NCBI GenBank assembly: GCA_951406725.2
Contig: OX597831.1
Coordinates: forward strand, 64,170,001-64,234,000
DNA: 64,000 nucleotides
Reading direction: 5' to 3'
Origin: Octopus vulgaris
Lineage: Eukaryota
This document shows, in pieces, positions 1 to 14,102 of the stretch. A program made the position numbers and the translations under genes. Every line of letters begins with the position of its first letter. Within the stretch, counting starts at the first letter, position 1. Below the pieces are notes generated by a model. It had not been told where the DNA came from. It saw only the letters and a program-made list of their open reading frames with translations, and searched no databases.

Positions 1-560
1 ACTTTGACTAATTAAATTTAAATGTTGAAGTGAATCTAACGGTTTTGTGTATTTCTTAAATGGCTTATAAACACCTTCCACGCTGCAATTGTTATCATTA
101 CAACTATTTTATAGATGATACAAATAATACAAGTACTTTCCTTTGAGCACAAACTTTGGGAGTTTCATAGGCAAACCTTAAGATCTTCGGAAAACTAGGA
201 AACCGGAATAATGTATTGAATCACAACCGATTCAACATTTGCATATTCTGAGGAATAGTGGGAGCACTTGAAGTTATACATGTTACATTCGATGAAGGGC
301 AGAACGACGTCGGAGGGAGAGAACTTTCCTTTCTCCCTAATGAAGAAAGCGTCTTCCCATGAATGATGAGGATTTTTATAAATGCTACCAATATCTACAT
401 TTCATTGATGCTAAATACTTACTGACCATTCAACGTAAATGTACATACTCACTCACACACACACACACACATACACACACGCATATATATATATATATAT
501 ATATACATATATATACACATATATATATACATATATATATACATACATGTGCATACATAC

Positions 561-595
<35 letters not shown>

Positions 596-605
596 CATAC
601 ATGTG

Positions 606-665
<60 letters not shown>

Positions 666-1176
666 TATATTAATAGTTATCGCCATACTAATATGGCAGT
701 CTAAATATAAGACTAAAGCTGTTGCTGATTAGCTCCAAGAGGCCACCGCCTCTAGCTAGCTATGACACACGAACCTGCGTCCATTACAACCTTCGAACAG
801 GGGAGGTCAGCCGCTTCACCTTGCTAGTCAGACATCTGCAGACATGTTTCAGGGTTGTTGTCCTTTATCAATGGCGATAACTATTAATATCCAGTAACGC
901 TGCCGTAATCTCCTTTAGAGAGACTTAGTAATTTTAATATTTCTATTATTGAAAACAAGTGGATGTATTCCACTGTAACTAGGTAAATAAAATCTTCGAA
1001 CAGACGATCAGTAGGGACACCTGCTGGTTCTGACTACGCTGCATTGATGTCTACACCACCTGTCTTCGTCTTTTGTTTTTTTTGGGGGGGGGCTTGTGAA
1101 TTCTCCCTATATATACATATATATATACATATATATATACATATATATATATATACATACATACATACAAACATAC

Positions 1177-1207
<31 letters not shown>

Positions 1208-1859
1208 CATACATACATACATACAAACATGTATATCAAATAACTGTCTAACCGTACTCCTTGTTGATTCTATCATATATACATACGTATATATATATAT
1301 TTTTAAGGTGTATTTCGTTAGGAACGTAGCAGAGTACAAAATAGAGCTCGTTCACCCTTAGAATTACTAAATAGCCGATAGTATTACGGTATATTTCCAG
1401 GTCTAGGTTTAGGCATTTCTTTTTTTTTGTGTGTGAAAATAAAATTCATATGATAGAGTCAACAAGAAGGAGTACGGTTAGACAGATTTTTGATAATCAC
1501 CACACATGTTTCGATACAACATAGATATTCCTATATACAGGCTTTAAATTAAGCAACGGTTTATCTGCATAATGGTATCCAGTTGTATTCTTCAGGTCAT
1601 ATACAATTGCTATCCCTTTTAGTTACAAAACCTTCGACTTCGATGATGCTAACACATCCATCTGCCTCGTTTAAATTTAGTAGAACGCTGACAGTTTCAA
1701 TCCGCTCGCTGTCAACGTGCGTCTGCACGCCCACCAAGAGCGGTATTGGACACACTAGCTGTCCACTTTGTTCCACATGTTATGCTGTACATACGAGATT
1801 CATTACTCGACCTTCAGTATTCGTTGGCCCCGATGCTCACAGCGTCTCCCATATATATA

Positions 1860-1895
<36 letters not shown>

Positions 1896-1975
1896 TGTAT
1901 GTATGTATGTATGTATGTATGTATGTATGCATGTATGCATGCTTGTATGCATGTATGTATGTAGGTATGTATATA

Positions 1976-2568
1976 CTAGCAGTATAACCCGGCTTTGCCC
2001 GGGATTAAGTTAGGATTATTTAGCTAATCAAGTTCTTTATTTCAACCAAACTAAGTAACATCGACGTCAAATTTGGACGAAATCCGTTGAAATTGGTTTA
2101 TATATATATATATATATATGAGCAAAACACACACACTCACTCACATATACACACATGTACGTACGTACACCTATTGCATACATGTTTTTTGTACGCATAC
2201 ATGTTCGTGTGTGTGTGTGTGTGTGTGTTGCCCGTATATCAACAAAACACTTTTTTCCTCGATGGAAAAAAACAACAAAAGTCTTAATAAAAACTAGAAG
2301 GGGACTTAACTCCCTTTTGCAAACAATGGTGATTTCTCCGACTTGAAAATTGTTAAACGTTTTGGTTGAAAATTTATTTTTACTGTTATTCACTGGTGCC
2401 TCTGGGAAAAATAAGTTGATTAAAAAAACAGCTAGAGTCCGCCTAAAATTGGAGCGACATGCGTGCTAATTTATGGATATGCATAAATTACATTCATGTA
2501 CACACACACACGCACACACACACATACACACACACACACACACACATCCTGCCTTCTATATATACAGA
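1976..2568 (-). mobile_element. Non-autonomous Helitron-like element
   Basis: On the minus strand: 5' A|TC start and 3' CTAG|T end, with a GC-rich hairpin CCCGG-GCAAAG-CCGGG about 8 nt upstream of CTAG; no TSD. Confidence 0.7.
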
Positions 2569-2579
2569 TATATATATAT

Positions 2580-3340
2580 ATATTAATTACAATTAAAAAT
2601 AACAACAAAATCATAAGGACAAAATAATTAAGTAAACAGAATCTAAATATATTTCTATATATCTCAAATAATATTAATCCAAACTCGTTAAGGTCGAAGA
2701 TATTCTTTGGCTATTATTATAACATGCAAAAACAATATATAAACAATATATAAATTAAGTATCAGTGTCTAACTTCATCCAGAGATTATAATAAAACGTG
2801 CAAATAAATATAAATGATAATACACTATTATATTGGTAATATATAACAACCCTTCACTTATATTTAAAGTTATTGATATTAAAAAATTTTTAAAGTAACT
2901 AACAAAAAATGTTCTTTATTTATTTAATTTATCGGAGGCAGAATTCCGTAATAGATATGAAAATAAACTTGGAGCTACAATAACTACAACTTATATTACC
3001 CTATAGATATTTAGTTAGGCTATAATAATAGATATCAAAATATTACTAGTTTTTCAGAAGTAACCAGATTTGAATTTACTTAAATAAGGATTATTTACAG
3101 TAACTAACAATTAAATGTATATAGATAAATGTCCCTATATTCGCATACAGATAAACCAAAACTAGGATTGAGTACCGATCCTCGATAAATATAGATAATA
3201 ATATTTTTTTAAATAAAGTACTATAAATAGTATATATCCAAATTTTATTAATTCTTTCAGAAGTAACAAAATAATATTGTTGTAATGAGAATACAAGTTA
3301 TAAGCTATACAATACTATAATAATTATTATTGTAGCTATT
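2580..3340 (+). pseudogene. Possible very decayed PLE GIY-YIG 3' region between (TA)n tracts
   Basis: LSEAEFRNRYEN resembles YIG.TE..FK.RY.NH. The segment is very AT-rich with many stops. Confidence 0.3.
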
Positions 3341-3360
3341 AAATATCTATCTATCTATCT

Positions 3361-3435
<75 letters not shown>

Positions 3436-3761
3436 ATGTGTGTGTTTGTATATATATATATACATATATATATGTGTATATATAAATATATATATATGTC
3501 TATATATCTCTATATATATATGTGTGTGTGTATACATACGTATGTGTGTGTGTATATATAAATATATATATATATACATATATATATATATGTATGTATA
3601 TCTTTAAGTTTTGTCATCTTAATCTATATAATAATATAAATTTTAGAAAATTAATACATCATTATGTTATTAATTTGATATTAATTACTTACTACAAATA
3701 AGATGTCTTCATTATACTAAATAACTATATTTAATATACATCCATTTACCTTATTAATTAA

Positions 3762-3762
3762 T

Positions 3763-3822
<60 letters not shown>

Positions 3823-3888
3823 CGATGATGATGATGACGATGATGATGATGGTGGTGATGATGATGATGGTGGTGATGATGATGATAT

Positions 3889-3928
<40 letters not shown>

Positions 3929-3929
3929 C

Positions 3930-4000
<71 letters not shown>

Positions 4001-4015
4001 TAATAATAATAATAA
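3762..4015. repeat. Compound microsatellite (GAT)n-(AAT)n
   Basis: Direct reading. Confidence 0.95.
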
Positions 4016-5065
4016 ATGAAAAGTTCTATTTGACTTACTAACTAAATTTAACTCAGCAAGTAATTTTTTTGTAAATATTATATGTATAAATGCATGTGCA
4101 TATAGATTTACATTTGTGTATGTGTAAGTGCAACAATGTATTTCTTAAAATTTGATGGAAAGAGTAAAGTAATATTGCCATGGGTAGTGAAGTTTCTGTC
4201 TTTCTTCAAAGTTGAGATGGTAAGAGACAACAAAAGGAAAGACAGAAGAATTTTTACATTCTCTATTTTCGAGCGAATGGCTGCAACTGATGGGGAGCAA
4301 AAGAAAAAGTGAGAATAAATACATGGACAAGGAAGTATTAAGAGAAACTAGATGGAAGGTGAAGGAATGAAAGGGAAATAAAGAATGAAAGAGAATCTGC
4401 TGTGGTGGAGGGAAAATTGAAGAAAGTGAAGAGATGAAGGATAAATCCGGAAATACTATATGAGAAGCGGTCAAAGATGTAGATGGAAAAAAATGTTCAT
4501 TTGAATCTGTTGGTGTCATGGTTCCCTGCTTGAATTTGAAACGTTGATCCTTTTGTTGGTTAGATGGATCTATATTGCGCAGAGATACCAGATATTGATA
4601 AATAGGTAAAGGAGCGGCCCCCATTATCTTCAAGTGAATATTGAGAGGATTCCGACTGAATATTTAGAATATTCAGTATCTTTGTACAGTGTTCTAGGGC
4701 TAATTATAGGAAACTCCCCTCCATTGCGCCTTTACACCAAACGTGGAGAAGTCGTGTGCAGGTTTGAAGGCTCTGCTCTTTCAACCACGAGGTTTTTTTG
4801 ATTTGTTTAGTGTTGTTTTTTGTTGTTGTTTTTAAATATTACAGTAGCATCTTAGGGCGGCAAGCTGGCAGGATGTTTAGCGGTATTTCGTCTGTCTTTA
4901 TGCTCTGAGTTCAAATTCCGCTATGGTCGATTGCTCCTTTCATCCTTTCGGGGTTGATAGTATACCAGTCGAACAATAGGGTCGATCTAATCGACTTATC
5001 CCTTTCCCCGAAATTTCTGGCCCTGTACCAATATTATTGTACCATCATAGCCTAGACTTTTCGTT

Positions 5066-5363
5066 GTGTGGAGGCACATGGCCTAGTGGTTAGAGAAGCG
5101 GACTCACGGTCGAGGGATCGCGGGTTCGAAACCGGACGATGTGTGTGTTTATGAGCGAAACACCTAAGCTCCACGCGGCTCCGGCAGAAGGTAATGGCGA
5201 AACTTCTGCTGACTCTTTCGCCACAACTTTCTCTCACTCTTTCCTCCTGAATCTTGCAGCTCACCTTCGATGGACCGGCGTCCCGTCCAGGTGGGAAACC
5301 TATACGCCAAGACACCAGGAAACCGGCCCTTATGAGCCAGGCATGGCTCGAGAAGGAACAAAC
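5066..5363 (+). mobile_element. tRNA-derived SINE family A
   Basis: A box TGGCCTAGTGG and B box GGTTCGAAACC; ACAA tail; TSD AGACTTTTCGTT. Confidence 0.9.
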
Positions 5364-5832
5364 AGACTTTTCGTTTAGAGTTGGTAACATTTTAAAAACC
5401 ACAGCGTAACCATGTACATTAGTCATTTCTGAATCCCTACATTTTGTAATCCCTACATCGTCTCTGAAACATGAGAGTTAAGGTTGATATCAGAATGACT
5501 GAAACTCAGTACTCAAAGGAACGAAATAAAATATTGCAAAACTTCAGTATTTAGTTATATACGACACTTACATCTAATCTTATTTACAGTAAGACATTAT
5601 TAAATCAATTTTGATTCTTTGTATAAGCTGTCTAATACAGTTATTCTTTAATCTATTGAATCTATACAGTGGTTCTCCACTGTCTATCAGAATTTAAGCA
5701 GTTGTAGAGCTCTATGAATGATTTTCTTTTATTTTATACTCTTTCATATATAAACTTAAATACTTATTTCAACGACCAGCGATAATGCTATCTATGTAGT
5801 TTTACACACACTCTCTCCCTCACACACACACA

Positions 5833-5945
<113 letters not shown>

Positions 5946-5950
5946 GTATA

Positions 5951-6041
<91 letters not shown>

Positions 6042-6296
6042 ATATATATATATGTATATATATATACAGAGAGAGAGATACTGGTCGTCTTATGTTGTTG
6101 AAACCATTGCGATTAAAAAAGAATTATTATTCAGTGTAACTCGCTTTCTTTTAATTGTCTTTGTTGTTGCCGGTCGTGTTGTTGTTCTTCCTCGAGTCTA
6201 GGAAATACAGTACAGAATTTTCTTTTCATCATATTGATAGGCTTTTGTGTATGAAGGTAAACACGTACAGAAGAAATCAATGGACGAATAAAGGCG

Positions 6297-6342
<46 letters not shown>

Positions 6343-6490
6343 GAAGGAAGGAAGGAAGGAAGGAAGGAAGGAAGGAAGGAAGGAAGGAAGGAAGGAAGGA
6401 AGGAAGGAAAGAAGGAAGGAAGGAAAGAAAGAAAGAAGGAAGAAAGAAAGAAAGAAAGAAAAAAGAAAGAAAGAAGGAAGGAAGGAAGGA

Positions 6491-6550
<60 letters not shown>
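6297..6550. repeat. (AAAG)n/(AAGG)n microsatellite
   Basis: Direct reading. Confidence 0.95.
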
Positions 6551-7079
6551 AGGGAATCTGCTTGTGGCCAGGCGAAGAGTTGTCAGCTGCCATAATGGTG
6601 TGACATATATGTCTGCAAGCAACCTACAAGGCTTCCCATTGCCTTTATAGATCAATATGAATAAACAGTGGGCAAATTGCTAAAAGGCCGGACAACAGGT
6701 CGATATGTCACGTAGTTCAAGCTTTGATGAAGGCATTACGTCTTATTCGTATGCAAAGCACTTTACTCTAACTTTGTCCAGCTTCCACATCTGAAAAACT
6801 TGCAAAATTATTGCAGTAAAAACAAAAAAAACAAAATGATGCACTTGAAACATAATGTTAATTTTTGCGCTGGAGCGACAGAAAGTGCTGTGCTGGATGT
6901 TGGACCCGATCTTTATGCGCTGAGTTCAAATCCTTCTCAGATCGGCAATGCCTTTCATCCTTTCGGAGTCGATAAAAATAAAAAGGTACTAGTCAAGTAA
7001 TGGGGTGGATGGAATAAACTAACCTGCTACCCCTAAAACTGCTGGCCTTGTGCTGAAATTTGAAACAGTTATCATCAAA

Positions 7080-7080
<1 letters not shown>

Positions 7081-7136
<56 letters not shown>

Positions 7137-7201
7137 CATCATTATTGTTGTTATTATTATTATTATTATTACTATTATTATTACTATTATTATTATTATT
7201 A

Positions 7202-7275
<74 letters not shown>
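7081..7275. repeat. (ATT)n microsatellite
   Basis: Direct reading; lies at the 3' end of a family B SINE. Confidence 0.95.
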
Positions 7276-7277
<2 letters not shown>

Positions 7278-7584
7278 GAAGGCAGAATCGTTAGCACTCT
7301 GGACGATTTAGCGGTATTTCGCCCCTCGCTACGTTCCGAGTTCAAATTCCGCCGACGTCGACTTTGCCTTTCATCCTTTCAAGATCGATAAATTAAGTAT
7401 CAATTGTGTAATGGGGGTCGATCTAATGGACTGCCCCCATCCACCCACCCACAAATTTCCAGCTTTGGGCCTATAGCAGAAAGGATTATTAAGACGGTGA
7501 ACTAGTGGAATCGTTAGCTCAATGGGCGAAATGCTTTGCGGCATTTCGTCCGTCTTCACGTTCTGTGCCGAAAGATTAAGCGAT

Positions 7585-7585
<1 letters not shown>

Positions 7586-7623
<38 letters not shown>

Positions 7624-7639
7624 CAGGAGCAGCAGCAGC

Positions 7640-7678
<39 letters not shown>

Positions 7679-7725
7679 GGTGGTGGTGGTGGTGGTGGTG
7701 GTGGTGGTGGTGGTGGTGGTAGTTT

Positions 7726-7777
<52 letters not shown>

Positions 7778-7883
7778 GGTGGTGGTGATGGTGGTAGTAG
7801 TAGTAGTGGTGGTGGTGGTGGTGGTGATGGTGGTGGTGGTGGTGGTGGTGGTGGTGGTGGTGGTGGTGGTGGTGGTGGTGGTG

Positions 7884-7932
<49 letters not shown>

Positions 7933-7940
7933 CAGCAGCT
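7586..7940. repeat. (TAG)n/(TGG)n compound microsatellite
   Basis: Direct reading. Confidence 0.95.
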
Positions 7941-8630
7941 TAAAGCTATTACATGCTACTTTAGTTAGCAGGGATATTGTCTTAAAGTTCAATAAATATC
8001 TTCAAATCTCAAGAATTTTTTCCTACGACTCTTGCAGAATACAGGTTCTTAATTGCAATATCCTTCAGCCTCTTAGGTAGCAGTTTCGTTGTTGTGCTAT
8101 ATGTACCAGTTACTACAAAAATAATTATCACCTTGGTCTTCCACAATATCCCTTTGGCTGATATTTCTCAATTTTCTCAATTTCTTTGGTATCTATTCAA
8201 TTATTACATGGCATTGGAAACTTTGTGATCTCACATTGTATGTTTTCTGCTGGATTTTCTTTTTCTTTTTTTTTTTTTGGTGGTGGGGTCTTCAACTATT
8301 CTATCTGGTCACCTTGCTTTAATTGTATATTCCGTCTTTATGAAAATTTCTATAAAATCCTGTTATTATTTATTCATAATCACAGCTTCTGGTTCATGTT
8401 CATACCACTTGTCTGTCATACTCGCCAAATATTCCAGTAAACCATTTTACCGACGCAGTCGTACCAACGCTTATATTCTTTTTGTGCGAGCTTACTACGT
8501 TCACTTAAGAGACGGTTAATACTTTCATCTTCTTTTCCATAGATTTTGTATTTGCTCTCTGACTAAATTTTATTAATCCTTGTCTCAATTAAGTTTGTTC
8601 TAATAGCTTCTTCCTGTACGGTAATTATCC

Positions 8631-8666
<36 letters not shown>

Positions 8667-8888
8667 CCACCACCACCATCACCATCATTATTAAAGCGGT
8701 GAGCTGGTAGAATCACATCGGGCAAAATGCTTAGTGGCATTTCTTCCAGCTCTTTACAATTTCGGTTCAAATTCCGCCGAGGTTGTCTTTATATTTTACC
8801 CTCTTTAGATCGTTAAAATAAGTATCCGTTGAATATATACATTGATGTAATCGACTTCCCTCTCCCCTCAAAAGGTTGCCGACCTTGC

Positions 8889-9140
<252 letters not shown>

Positions 9141-9909
9141 AAGTTAATAAAATTGACCGCTAAATACGTATGACCGCACGCTCCGCACCCGTCAATATAG
9201 GCGTCTGTCGCCTTAGTAAAGAGGCACTATGTTTTCCGATCATGGACAAATATAGACACTGTACACTTCAAAGACTTTAGCTTTATGACATGAAGTGTAT
9301 CTACATTAGAACCTTTAACTTGATTCGATGAGAGCCTGTTTTTCTACAACTCTTGCCACAATGCTGAGTAAATATGTCACGTGTGTCGTAGACGAGAGAT
9401 GACCGCTTGGAGTTTCAAACTCCCCTTGATGTCATTTAACTTTATATCACTTTACTGATAATGCCATTTAAATAGGTTTTGAAATTCTGCCTTCTGATTC
9501 CTCTTTCTTTATTGTCTTCGTAATCAATAAAAAAAAATTAAGCATAAACGCCATGCACCATCACGAAATGGCAAACTGAATTGATAATTCATGAAGAATG
9601 TGATAAAATAATGGTCTTTTATGAGTAGAAATCAACCTCGGTATTTCATAGAGCTAAATTGATCGCAACAGGTTTGGAAACTGGGATATTAGTTCTCATC
9701 AGTAAAGTGTGCATAACAGCTGCTCAGGTTTTCTAATCACTCAAGCAGTTCTATCACCACTGCCTAAACTGTGCAACAGTTTTGTGAAGAGATAATAATA
9801 AACTCATGGAAATGATAGAAAAATCTTAGCGAGAAAGGAAAATTACTTTCAACATAAGACGAGCGATAGAAATACATAAATCAAAAGTTCAGCACGAAAA
9901 TACGTGTGA

Positions 9910-9957
<48 letters not shown>

Positions 9958-10929
9958 GTGTGTGGTGCGCGCGCGTGTGTTTGTGTTTATATGTGTGCAT
10001 ATAATTAGAAAAATATAATAAGCAAAGAAACTGGAAAATCGTTATATAAATGACATTACTAAAGAATTCTAAGCCTGATCAAAATGTGTTCTAAGTCTTG
10101 TATTATAAGTGACAATATAAAGACAGTGAACAGAAATGCAAAATGTACATACCATTAATATTAATTTATCCCAAGAACAGATCGTTTTATGCTAGTGTTG
10201 TTCAAAGTATTGTTCACATGCACTTGTCATGATAAAGAAGAAGTAAAATGTGTGCATCTAAAGTAAAGTAGGAATCTTCCAAGCGTTAAAAATGGTAATG
10301 ATTCTTCAATATGGTTAGTTGAGTAAGTCAGTTGCTTAGCAGAGCCACTCTACCACTTTCAAGATGGCCGAAAATCAATCAAAGATGATCTGAGTTCGGT
10401 ACAACCGTGGACACACTTCGCTGATTAAATAGTTACTAAGATGAAATATATATTTTTAACTTGGAAATTGCTATTGAACAGAAAATCATCTACAGCTTAT
10501 AAGATGCAATTTTCATCGAATAACTTTGCATGCGTTGAATGTCTGCCAGACTTGTTCTAAGAATTAGGATTATTGATCCGAAGGATCAGTTATAAAGTGA
10601 GAATCTACAAAATCAAGTTGGAAAATCATCTTAAGTCTTTTTTTCATTTTAAATATAGTAACGAATATTTTTGTTTGAAGTGAAAACATCGGTTTTTCAG
10701 TATAAATTGCCATAAATCTGTGTCAATATTGCTAAGAAACGGAAAATCACTTACTATTCTTACTGAAAGAGGACACTAATTGAAATTTTGCAACGTATGT
10801 CGTATGTCAGCGATAAACCGTCATTAAAGGGAATAAGAAGAATGATTATACAGAAATTTATTTTGGGGGAACATATGTATACTGGCACTTATATATACAT
10901 TTATAAAAGCACTTCATGGCATAACTACC

Positions 10930-11339
10930 GGATCTTTTCGGTTTGAACAGCAGTTTTTAATATAATTTCCACGTAACTAAACACTTTTAAACTTCGAATT
11001 CAGGTAGAATGTGTTTATAAAACATCTTTTTCTCTTGGCTTTATTGAGAAAATTCTATAGCTTGTAAGATATTTGTTGCTGTTTTTCTTCAATTTCTGCA
11101 ATTTCAACCAATCAATGACGTCTATTGAGGTGAAAACATTATATGCCGTATGAATATGTCCCTCGTTTAAGAAACAGATTGGGTTTATTTACATTTCTGA
11201 AGAAAAAAAGATGTCCTTCCCCCTAACCCTAACCCTAAAACAGATTGAAATGCAATAGATTGATACTAGGGTCATAATTATGGGTGACAATTTCATATGA
11301 CACCGCTAGAAAAAACTGCTGTTCAAACCGAAAAGATCC
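10930..11339 (+). mobile_element. MITE family M1, copy 1 (non-autonomous DNA transposon, Merlin-like termini)
   Basis: ~28-bp TIRs GGATCTTTTCGGTTTGAACRGCAGTTTT; perfect 8-bp TSD TAACTACC; internal CCCTAACCCTAACCCTAA. Confidence 0.9.
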
Positions 11340-12768
11340 TAACTACCTAGTTGATATGCCATTAGGTGCTAGATGTCGTGACGTCAGATGATGGCTGCAA
11401 TAGTTTTCCATTGGACTAACAGCCTGGAAAAATTTGATATACAGCAATTTCTCTCGCGTTAAACAAAGCCCCGCACCTGTATCCTATACCCAAAGTCCGA
11501 AGCATTGTGACGCATCTAAGAGCCCTTAATCATGAAAAGGTACAAAAGCGGTGGTCAAAAGATGTGTAATGGTCATCAGACAGTAGTTGCATCCAAAGGT
11601 CTTTTCCATGGTTTACATTGCTCAACTGTATTGGGAAGAGGGAAAAAAGGTGTCTCAAACACAACTTGTGTCAGTTTTCTCGACTAGATCTTCACATTCA
11701 GGGGATCAGTTCGGACACTTATGTAGAAACTCATCAACTTCAAGAGGAATGAGACAGTACTCGTCTCTGAGAAATTGGCTCACTTCACTATTGACATTGC
11801 AGCAGTTAGTGAAATAAGATTAGCCGATGAGAGATGGCTAAAGAGTAATAGCAATGAACGTACCTTCTTTTTGAAGAGAAAACCACCACAAGTGCAGTCT
11901 TAACTTGATTAGGATTTTCAGTCTAAAATGATCTGCTCACTACCCGAACGACCTACTGGCATCAGTGAAAGATTGGTGACTCAACGATTCAAGTCTTCTG
12001 GCTTTGATACGACAGTCAACAGTACGAATTGGTCACATATGAATCAGATACAGATTTCAGTCTAAGTAAACTTAGACTATGTTTTATCCAGAACACCAAA
12101 ACATAACAAAATCATCGTGATGAGTAAGCCAAATGGTCGACTTAGTAAAGATTCGAACTTTTGGAATGGTACAGTTTGAAGGAGGTTAAAGACATAGCTA
12201 ATTCAAATGCCGCTCTGCTTTAAACCAAATACATGGGACTGCTGTCATTATCGGCACACTATTCCGATATGCAAATACAAGGGTTATCGAAGTATCTTCA
12301 AACAAATCGTATGCCATTAACAGCAGATAACTGGCATGTGATTGACTATGTCAGTGTACGGATACGTGATCCCACAAATGTTCACGTAACAAATGTCATG
12401 ACAGGAGCCGACAATCGCTGAACGGACCACCACCTAATACGAATTAATATGGCAATTCAATCCGCTTCAAAGTAACGTCAGCAGCAGAAATGATGCCAGT
12501 GAAAAGTTAATACTGTATTCTCTCATACTGAATAAAGGATAACCAGTTTCCACATTGCCAAGATAGTAAGCTGTTATCCGTCAGCCTAGACACTGCAACA
12601 CTGCTAAAAATATATGGTGCATTCTAAAGGCAGATATCTTTGCAGTTTATCAAAAGTCCAAGGACTCCGTAGCTAGAAAGTTCAAATTAGATTCGACGAG
12701 AAAATTCCCAAATCCAGCAACTGATGGACAGGAATAGAACAGTTTTTCATACTTCAGTAAACACGGAT

Positions 12769-13073
12769 GTGTGGAGGCACATGGCCTAGTGGTTAGAGCA
12801 GCAGACTCGTGGTCGAGGGATCGCGGGTTCGAATCTCAGACCGGAAGATATGTGTGTTTATGAGCGAAACACCTAAGCTCCACGTGGCTCCGGCAGAAGG
12901 TAATGACGAAACTTCTGCTGACTCTTTCGCCACAACTTTCTCTCACTCTTTCCTCCTGCATCTTGCAGCTCACCTGCGATGGACCGGCGTCCCATCCATG
13001 TGGGGAAACTATACGCCAAGAAACCGGGAAACCGGCCCTTATGAGCCAGGCATGGCTCGAGAAGGAACAAACA
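12769..13073 (+). mobile_element. tRNA-derived SINE family A
   Basis: TSD AGTAAACACGGAT; inserted in the decayed RTE. Confidence 0.9.
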
Positions 13074-13715
13074 AGTAAACACGGATAAAGATCGCAACAG
13101 AAAAGCTTGCCAGCAAGCAAAGTCTGTAAATTAACACAAACAATTGCTAGCAAGCTAAAGTAATTTAAATACAGAAACTAGATGATTATGAGATAAATAT
13201 TTTCATTAATGGTTCTACAATAACACGATGACATATGTTGAAAAATTTCAATCAGTGTCTTCAGAACTAAAGACAGTACCAAACTTATAAAAGGACAAGC
13301 AGCTGTTGATAACTGATGGAAAGAATATTTCGAAGATCTGCTTAATCGTGACTGTTTGACCAACGAAAGGCCTTTAGATAATTTGATCGCACAAAAGACA
13401 GTGGGGAACAATTTAGCTGCACCAACTAACACTGCAAACATCCGTTCCGTAAAAAGCAACAGGGGACTTGGGTCTCGTGGGGTTCTGAGCTATGTAAACT
13501 TAGCAATGAAGTACTAGCATCAAAACTTCATTCACTGTCTCCGCTAATCTGGACGCGAGACGAGATACCAGATGATATAACAGATCTAACTATTATTACC
13601 ATCGTCAAGAGAAAAAACAAATCAGATTGTGTGTAACCATAGAAAAATCATATTTTTATCCGTTGCCTGAAAGATTTTGACTTTAAAATCCTGCTCATCC
13701 AACTCATCTACTCAT

Positions 13716-14102
13716 TACTCTTTTACTATTTTACTTGTTTCAGTCATTTGACTGCGGCCATGCTGGAGCACCACATTTAGTCGAGCAAATCGACCCCGGG
13801 ACTTATTCTTTGTAAGCCCAGTACTTATTCTATCGGTCTCTTTTGCCGAACCGCTAAGTGACGGGGACGTAAACACATCAGCATCGGTTGTCAAGTAACC
13901 CACACACACATATATATATATATATATATACATATATACGACAGGCTTCTTTCAGTTTCCGTCTACCAAATCCACTCATAAGGTTTTGGTTGGCCCGGGG
14001 CTATAGCAGAAGACACTTGCCCAAGATGCCACGCAGTGGGACTGAGCCCGGGACCATGTGGTTGGTTAGCAAGCTACTTACCACACAGCCACTCCTGCGC
14101 CT
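13716..14102 (-). mobile_element. SINE family C
   Basis: Reverse-complement match to 20953-21377. Confidence 0.85.

Noticed and set aside
720-790. Plus-strand hammerhead (CTGATTA...GAAC...GTC)
   Set aside because: Both core halves are defective and stem I is poor.
1495-1600. Active hammerhead on the minus strand (CUGAAGA...long stem II...GAAAC)
   Set aside because: The cleavage position is G and stem I is mismatched, so it is counted only as a decayed copy.
2580-3340. Mitochondrial insertion (NUMT)
   Set aside because: AT-rich, but no mitochondrial gene motif was recognised; a weak PLE-like motif fits better.
5066-5140. tRNA gene
   Set aside because: It is the tRNA-like head of a SINE: it continues into the SINE body, has TSDs and occurs in multiple copies.
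11218-11240. Telomere or chromosome-fusion relic
   Set aside because: Only about three CCCTAA units, always at the same position inside the MITE.
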